A DNA stretch of 64,000 bases from Tubulanus polymorphus (lineage: Eukaryota > Animalia > Nemertea), in NCBI RefSeq assembly GCF_964204645.1, contig NC_134029.1, positions 7,962,850 through 8,026,849 of the forward strand, read 5' to 3'. A program made the translations under genes and the position numbers. Shown here one piece after another: positions 57,001-64,000 of this stretch; the stretch's first letter is position 1, and every line of letters starts with the position of its first letter. Below the pieces are notes generated by a model that was given only the letters and a program-made list of their open reading frames with translations, was not told the origin of the DNA and searched no databases.

Positions 57001-60000
57001 GATGATGAATTAAGAAGTACCTTTTTTATTTCCGTACCGTATACATTAAGAAAACTGTCTAAATTATACGTAAAAATTTTGCCTAGATCTAAAATGTCAA
57101 GTATACCATAGATTTAGTTCCAGATATTATTCATAGGGGGCACCACAAGCTACGGTATCAGCGATAGACGCGTAAGTTGGTATGTTCTAATTTAATATAA
57201 TTGGGTCGTGATTATTAACATATTCAATTAGCAAACTATAAAAAGGTATCGTTGCCATTTTCAACAAGGTCTATACTTTTGTATACTAACATAAATCCGT
57301 ACATATTTCCTGTTCTTATAAACAAAACAAAATACCCTAATCCACACAGATATAAATCCGTCCGAAAATAAAGAGGAAAGGCTCAAATGAAACTCACGCA
57401 CACCAGAAAAAGCAGAAAAAATAAACAAAGCAATGAAATTCACTAGTATATATGCATATTTTACCCTTTTCATGGAAACATTTATTATATTGGAAAGTTC
57501 GGACGAAATTATGGCAAATCTAAGCCCCACCGGGGACGTTAGCGCTACCGGTAAAGTAGCGGGGAAAAGTCCATAGCTAGTAGTCCTTCGGATTGGTCGC
57601 GACGGTACAACGCGATTGGTGCTGTCGTCGGCATCGCTATCTGATCCGAGATCGGAAAATAATGGTTTATTGTTATAGATAATGTAATCGTAGTCGTCGT
57701 CTGGAATAAACGTGGCCCCTTCCGGTTCCGGTCGATTTGAAGTCGATGAAGTCAACGACTTCCTACTGCTGGAAGTTTTAGCTTCCGCAGATTTGGTTTT
57801 CTTTGTTTTCTTTTCTTTTTTCTCTTTCTTTTCTTCTTTAATTGACCCATCATCGGGATCCTTTTTCTTTTTCTTTTTTCTACGTTTCGTAGTTCCTGAA
57901 CATTCACTCCCAGTGTCCTCCTCCCCTCCGGGATTTTCCGAGTCTTTGTCTTTCTTTTTAACTTTCTTTTTCTTTTTCTTACCGGATTCGAGTTGAAGCT
58001 TTCGTTCTAGTAAAAGTGACGTCACACTGCAGTCACATTGCGTTTCCGGTAATGCCGAATCGCCGTCATTAGCGACGGAATGTCGTTTGAACTGATGTTG
58101 ACAACCGCATTTTAATCCATGAACGACACTAGTCCTATCACTGGGCAATATATCAGATTTAGAACTTTTAAAATCCGAATCGATGTCATTATCAACGGTA
58201 AGGATATCTGCCGCCATCTTGTTTCAGAATCTCAGTACTGTAATCCAGGTAGATCGTAGTGCGCAAAAAGTTTTCTGAAACTTGGCATTGCCGCGTGATA
58301 AATTCATCGATTAATCCGATTTATCATTACGTATTTTTCCAAGGTCGCATCAGATAAACATCAACAAAAGTTTCGTATCGGTGATTGCTATTATTCTGTT
58401 ACACAATAACGCTTATGATATCTATAAATATTCCGGAGGGGTGGAGCCCACTAACCAGCACCGGAGATACGCCGTCTCGCTTCCTTGCTTCTATACCGTA
58501 GCATTCCGAGCTAGCTGTATTTCCAAATTAGGGTTATGACGTCACCAGCTGCTAAAAATACGTCCACCACTCAGTACTCGGCTTACTGCAGTGAGCTAGG
58601 TTGGCGAACATTCCTCGTTCAGATGTATGATGCTAATTTTACACCCCTTCCCCGTACAGCTGCATATACGCGAAGTTTAAGTGAATGAAATGTAAAAATC
58701 CAGATATACGTATCTTCTCGACTGTACACGCCTTTGCCGTCTAGCCGGTAAAACCTTTTATTTTATGATGTTTTTATTCACTTTTAAGTGCGCTTTCCCG
58801 TGTTATTTTACTGGATATGTTTGAAATTTTACGTTTCTACACATCGAGATTTAAGTAGACCCATCCATGTATTTTTGAATTTTCTATACTTATTGGAATG
58901 AAGATAGATGAAAAGTGTATTTAATAACTTTTGCTTGCAACAGTGATGAAAATGATTGAGTATGATTATAGGCGTAATTTATACTAGATGGCGCATAGAG
59001 CGACCACGAAGTATTCTTACGGTATGTCAAAAAGCGTTCTACCAGTTCTTGATTTTGGTTTTAACCTATTAAATTGATTTGAATATTGGTTACTTAATTC
59101 ATTTGACATACGATTTTATGTTTCAAAATTGATTTTACAACTAAAATGACTTTGTGAACTATTTCATATATACTCAATATATCTATATATGGGGGACGTG
59201 GTTATGAATATAAATCTTACATCAGCCTGTGATTTCTCCGCAGCTTCCAATTTACCATTGGCATCTGAAAGTTGCTCTTGAGCTAAATCTAAATCACCTT
59301 CCAACTGCGAGACCTTCTTCTGGAGGTTGGTAAGGTCTTCTTCTGCCTGAAAAATACAAGGAAATACATGTTGGTAAATGTGTGGCTTTCTTTTGGATAG
59401 AAAACTTAGTTTAACTAAGTACCCAAACAGCCTGAATAACAAGTCGTCTCGAATATGCATTTCGGACATATTTGGCTAATTCATTCTCTCGATTGATGTG
59501 ATTTTTTGAATAACCAAGGTTCACCGCTGAATGCAATTTAGAATTTACTATACTCTTGGATTCAAATTCGATGTAATAAGGTAACATCATAAGGTATTCG
59601 GGTCTAATGTAAACCGATGATCTATGAATAATCTGTTCGGGGATTGAGTGGAAGAAGCTGAAAAATTGTCTATTCGTAGACCATCGGTATCTAAGTAAGT
59701 GCAAGGGAGCTAAATTTACCGCAACAGACTCAGGGAACGGTCGGTAGAGAGGGGTGTAGCATATGTTACAGCTAATGCAAGTAGCATCGACATATCTTAC
59801 TAAGAATAGCTCGATATATATGTATGAGCAACAGGTGTACTATATCCTATGTCAGAAGACGACCAGGTAATACTAACCCTCTTCTTATATATATATTTGA
59901 GACACATTGAAAAGGTGTAACGGAAATGGATTGAATTCTTCTGCTTTTGTGAAGGTCAAATTCGTACATAGTTTATGTGAAGATCATCCCTAATGTATAT

Positions 60001-61056
60001 ATAGGATTTATGGCGGATAGCGAAGATGGGATCCTATTTTGTATGGTGGATTTTTCCTTACATCTGCAATCTATTTTTATAGAAATGAAACATGACCAAC
60101 GTATTTCTTTGAACGTTAAGATTTATTCTAACGAGGTTTTAGCCTCATGTAGAAGATACGCGTATTTCCTTTTCTTTAGTGATGTTTGAATAATAATGCG
60201 GCATCTACATCGACGCTGAGACGTCAGTAGACGATGTACGTCAGTATAGACGATGTTTTTATGTTTTGCTCATATTCAACAGTAAGAACACAGTTCACGG
60301 GGAAATGATTTTTCAAAATATTTACATCAATTTCTAACGAGGTCGTCTACGCTTTAGTTAACGGATGTAAACGCTCAAAATAACCAGGCTTGTGGGTCAT
60401 AAGACAGTGGTGCCTTCATTCATGAATTCCTATGAAGCGACGCAATATGAATGTAATACTGGTAGTCATACAGCCGTTTTAATTTTGGACAAAACAAAAA
60501 TCTGAACTAATTGAACTATCTGGGGCCAGTTGCTCAAAAGTTGGTTAAAGATAACCGGCCGTTAAATACCATAGTAACAATGAAATTTCAATTGTCACCA
60601 TATCAACTATCTACTGGTTAACTCTAACCAACTTTTGAGCAACCGGCCCCTGAACATTTGAAGGAGTTATTCAGTATTAGGTATCATAAGTTATTGCTTT
60701 TGTTCGGTCTTTTAGTTACTAAGGAAACATTTCCGATTGTTATTTGTAACAACGATTTGACGGAAAAGTCCGTTATTAATTCATCGAATACTCGATTATT
60801 TTCGTTTTGACTCGCTTATCTGTCATTGAAACTTTGCAGATCGAATAGATATTAGTCATTATAGCTACTGTTGGTAACTGTTGATTACAGAATCCAAGAT
60901 GGTGGATCGTGTCGAGTTACTGAATGAGAAGCAAAATTTTACCTTGGCCGTTTTGTCTTGCTCTTCCTTGAATTTCTGCTCAATTTGATCGGCGTTATCC
61001 ACTGCAGCTTCTTTCTCCAGCTTCATAGCCAACATCTTTTTCTTGATGGCGTCCAT
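39950..61056 (-). CDS. Tpm: Tropomyosin, canonical 284-aa isoform
   Basis: Exons 61056-60943, 59346-59221, 54462-54329, 51735-51618 (or 50087-49970), 48865-48795, 45218-45143, 43573-43511, 43235-43166 and 40032-39950. Sizes 114/126/134/118/71/76/63/70/83 sum to 855 nt. MDAIKKKM...[11 protein letters not shown]. Confidence 0.97.
42028..42110 (-). CDS. Tpm: Tropomyosin alternative terminal exon (divergent)
   Basis: 83 nt, same phase as the canonical terminal exon; [27 protein letters not shown]; acceptor gtttgaacag. Confidence 0.85.
45533..45665. mobile_element. Harbinger-type MITE (CTG TSD)
   Basis: ctg|gggccagt...gagcaactggccc|ctg; same family as 60523-60649. Confidence 0.75.
45884..45959 (-). 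CDS. Tpm: Tropomyosin alternative exon 6 (divergent)
   Basis: 76 nt, phase 2/0, ag...gtaaaa; [25 protein letters not shown]. Confidence 0.85.
47684..47905. mobile_element. hAT-like MITE
   Basis: cagggtggccact...agtggccaccttg with internal ttccctga repeats. Confidence 0.6.
48048..48079. repeat. (ATG)n microsatellite beside the divergent exon 5 donor
   Basis: About ten gat units. Confidence 0.9.
48094..48164 (-). CDS. Tpm: Tropomyosin alternative exon 5 (divergent)
   Basis: 71 nt, phase 0/2, tttcag...gtac; [23 protein letters not shown]. Confidence 0.82.
49970..50087 (-). CDS. Tpm: Tropomyosin exon 4 variant (canonical-like duplicate)
   Basis: 118 nt; [39 protein letters not shown]. Confidence 0.93.
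52813..52930 (-). CDS. Tpm: Tropomyosin exon 4 variant (divergent)
   Basis: 118 nt, ag...gtatgt; [39 protein letters not shown]. Confidence 0.9.
56059..56187 (-). CDS. Tpm: Tropomyosin internal first exon (1b-type), giving a ~247-aa low-MW isoform
   Basis: 43 codons [43 protein letters not shown], then a phase-0 gtaggt donor; heptad pattern. Confidence 0.88.
57465..58217 (-). CDS. Tpm: Tropomyosin long internal first exon (low-complexity, Lys-rich), giving a ~455-aa atypical isoform
   Basis: 251 codons from an ATG in aagATGGCGG context to ...[21 protein letters not shown], then a phase-0 gtaaaa donor compatible with exon 3 ([11 protein letters not shown]). Confidence 0.8.
60523..60649. mobile_element. 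Harbinger-type MITE (CTG TSD)
   Basis: ctg|gggccagttgctcaaaagttggtta...taaccaacttttgagcaaccggccc|ctg. Confidence 0.85.
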
Positions 61057-62912
61057 TTTGGCGAATTTCGGAGGAGAGTAGACCTAACGCGAGCAAACTA
61101 AGAGCAAGAGTGTACTGGAAGATGAAGGCTCGTTGCCGGGCTGCTGAGAGAAACCTCGAAAGCTAAAGCTCAATGCTTTCAATGAAACAGTAAACGCCTC
61201 TGGAATGGCAACTTTTGGCCAATCAGAGACAGCGTTAGAAATGCGGTTTCAGTAGCTGCAGCGATCGTAGCGCCGTTTACTAGGTCGAGGATTAGGTTAC
61301 TCCCTTGTTAGGAAAAGATCCACCGTGTAGATGATCTCATCTTCATTATCCGTAGGGATGATCGCTTCTACAGTCTGTTCTACGCGGCGTCGAAAAGTTT
61401 CCACATGACAAACTTTCGGTGATCAGAACTTTCGAAGGAATACTTATTACAAATCAGAGTATTTCAGTGTGTTTTTATTGAGTTTATATATCAAAAACCC
61501 ATGTTGTAACCTTTCACCCCTACAGTATTTTCATAATTGAGCGGAAGTTGGGATAGCTGACTTACACTTGGTATATATCGTATAGTAACTCGAATCTTTA
61601 GATCGCATATATATGCTTAACTCATGGACCCTCTGTAATATATCATGCCTATGTGATTATCAGTCAGCTCAATCATCTCAACCTCTGCTTGAGCTCAGTT
61701 GCTACCGTGTATTGTTAAATCCGTTTTTAGATTTGAGTAGTGTTTTATAATTGAATAGCGCATTGCATTGATCTTACATTCGTTTCAAAAATGTCACGAT
61801 AGCCACACGGGTTCCACGGGTAAGAAATTGTTTCTGCTGAGCCGGCCGCCTATCCACCCTGTAAATTACTTTTTTTCAACCATGATCAAGATCGGCAGCT
61901 ACAGAAATAAACTGATTACACATTTTATTGCGGTTTACAAATTACCCGCCCGATTAGGAGAAACAAGGTATTATTTGAGTCTTGACAAAACCATATCGTG
62001 ATATAGATCATTATACGTAGATGACTAGTAGTTAAATGTTTTACATTTAGTCGTCGAATAACGGCGAGTTTGCCGGTGAGATGTGTGTATTTACCAATGA
62101 AATATGAGACATCGATCGGCCAGCATGATCTCGAAACAAATTTCAGAAAATTCGTTTCTTATCAGATATAGTCGTCAGGTGCAACTGGTTACTCCATCAA
62201 TCCAAGGTCTGCGCACTCGAATGCGCGAAATTCATAACTTTCATACAGTATTTATAAAACTTTACCGACAACTTAGGAACTGATCCTGTGTCTTCGGACG
62301 CAAACAATAAAGGCAGGATAAAAACGTAGAAATCAACCGATTATTTAGATTTATAACCAACCATAAGATGTGTCTCGTGTTAAAATCATTTTTATTTGAA
62401 ATAATGAAGAGACTGCGACCAATCGTAATCGATGTTTTAAAGAGAAAACCGCCCACGTACCGCACGCGCACGATCACACCTTGGAGTAATCAAATGATTA
62501 CTCCCAGCTCACACATACACATACATTTTCTCATGGACACAACTCAAAAGAATACTGCAAGACTATCGAAAGAAAAGCAAGGTGGTTGCTCAATCAAACT
62601 TTCACTATATTCCCTATAGAAAGTATTCGAATACAACTTTGAATAATATAATTTGATAATTGTAAATCTAATAATTTCTATGAATAAAGTCTTATGCCGG
62701 TGTATTTCGTTAATGTATAATTTTTCAGACCACGTCTGATTCTAGACATCCGTCATTCGACTATAGGCACTGGAAAATTAATGTACATACATTACGAAGA
62801 CACTGGTCGATAAAAACCATATAAGGATATTACATCGTGGGGCGCCATTTTCGCATTGTGCGGGTCAGACGATGGTATATATGACTGTTCATCAAAATAT
62901 ATCCTCAGTCGC

Positions 62913-63758
62913 CAGGGGCGGATCCAGGGAGATGGGTAGACAGTATTGGAAGGAAATTTAAGGGCACCTTTCTGATCTTAGGGCACACCCAGTATCCAGG
63001 TCAATGCGAGCGCCGAAGGCGCGAAGTCCTTAGAGGGAGGTCTGGGGGCCCACCCCCAAAAAATTTGAAAATATGGTACCATTTAAAGGCTTTTAGAGGG
63101 CTTCTAGAGGCTAGCAGAGCAATCCAGAATAAACGAATTCGAGACAAGATTTCAACACATGCGGATAAAAAATGAAGCTGGCGAACCCATGAAAGAATGG
63201 TTGTCGCCAACTTCGCCTAGTGTCCCTATAATCTTTAAAAGTGCCCCTTAACAATTATACAGAATACGGCTAAGTGCCCCTTCATTGTTAACAATCGGCA
63301 AAAATTGCCTCGTCTTCACATTTGTCCTTATGTCGTGTGCCATCTTCCAAACCAAAAGTGCCCCTAAAATTTTAAAAATTAGGCAAAAAAGTGCCCTTTT
63401 CTTCAACATTTTCCGCGTATAGTGCCCTCTTCTAAAGTACGAGTGCCCCTTTAGCCCTCCCTGAAAAGGCAAGGAAGGACAAGGTGCCCTCATCTAAAGC
63501 ATGAGTGCCCCTTGCAAAAGGAAAGTGCCCTTTTTAATTTATCATGATTAAAGGCTTTACAAATATGGTTATCTCTCCTCACTTTCTTGGCAGCAGTATA
63601 TACCGATTAATTTTATAATTATGCCCGGATTACGGACACGGAATTAACGGTTGCTGAAATAATGCCGTAAAAAATATTGCCGGTGAAATTTCGAAGGGCA
63701 CTTAAAAATTCTAGACCGTATTGGGCAATACGGCTAATACGGTCTGGATCCGCCCCTG
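62913..63758. mobile_element. Non-autonomous hAT-like element with 5-bp TSD
   Basis: gtcgc|caggggcggatccag...ctggatccgcccctg|gtcgc, with many internal aagtgccc repeats. Confidence 0.8.
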
Positions 63759-63806
63759 GTCGCCACACGAGATTATCACGAAAAATTTCTAAGAATCTAT
63801 ATATGT

Positions 63807-63810
<4 letters not shown>

Positions 63811-63882
<72 letters not shown>
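63811..63882. repeat. (AT)n microsatellite
   Basis: About 70 bp of pure AT dinucleotide. Confidence 0.97.
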
Positions 63883-63885
<3 letters not shown>

Positions 63886-64000
63886 AAGGCGCCGTGTTCT
63901 ATTCATTCAAAACGTTCAGTAATATATACAAGCTAATACTTCACTATAAGATGTTAGTAATCAACATCGTTGTTGGGAACCGGGGAGCGCTGCACGTGAA

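Noticed and set aside
57261-57464. Hydrophobic C-terminal tail of the 318-aa ORF
   Set aside because: Read-through into the intron past the gtaaaa donor at 57464; not a transmembrane segment.
63619-63922. IY-repeat ORFs
   Set aside because: Translation of the (AT)n microsatellite.

Overview
AT-rich, intron-containing animal DNA. The tropomyosin exon 5 [20 protein letters not shown] points to a lophotrochozoan; the exact taxon cannot be read from sequence. Gene order: 3' end of IK/RED (+); MFSD6-like transporter (-) head-to-head with sarcalumenin (+); a repeat-rich gap with a possible decayed RRM gene and a 99-aa orphan ORF; an intronless class A GPCR (-); a GlyR-like Cys-loop chloride channel (+); a locally duplicated cassette of a secreted 8-Cys peptide (-) and a SAT-type GNAT acetyltransferase (+), with one intact unit and decayed copies; and a complete 21-kb tropomyosin gene (-). 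The tropomyosin has 3 alternative starts, three exon-4, two exon-5, two exon-6 and two terminal exons. Main findings: (i) a divergent second set of tropomyosin exons, each preceded by (U)GCAUG just upstream of its 3' splice site, while the canonical internal exons carry the motif downstream, which suggests a single RBFOX-type switch; (ii) a 251-codon low-complexity first exon resembling Drosophila atypical Tm1-I/C; (iii) the peptide/acetyltransferase cassette; (iv) Penelope-type minimal hammerhead motifs, one in a near-perfect 61-bp hairpin directly after the SAT stop codon. Many MITEs have readable TSDs. Exon coordinates were derived by hand from splice signals and reading frame, and family assignments come from motif recognition, not database searches.
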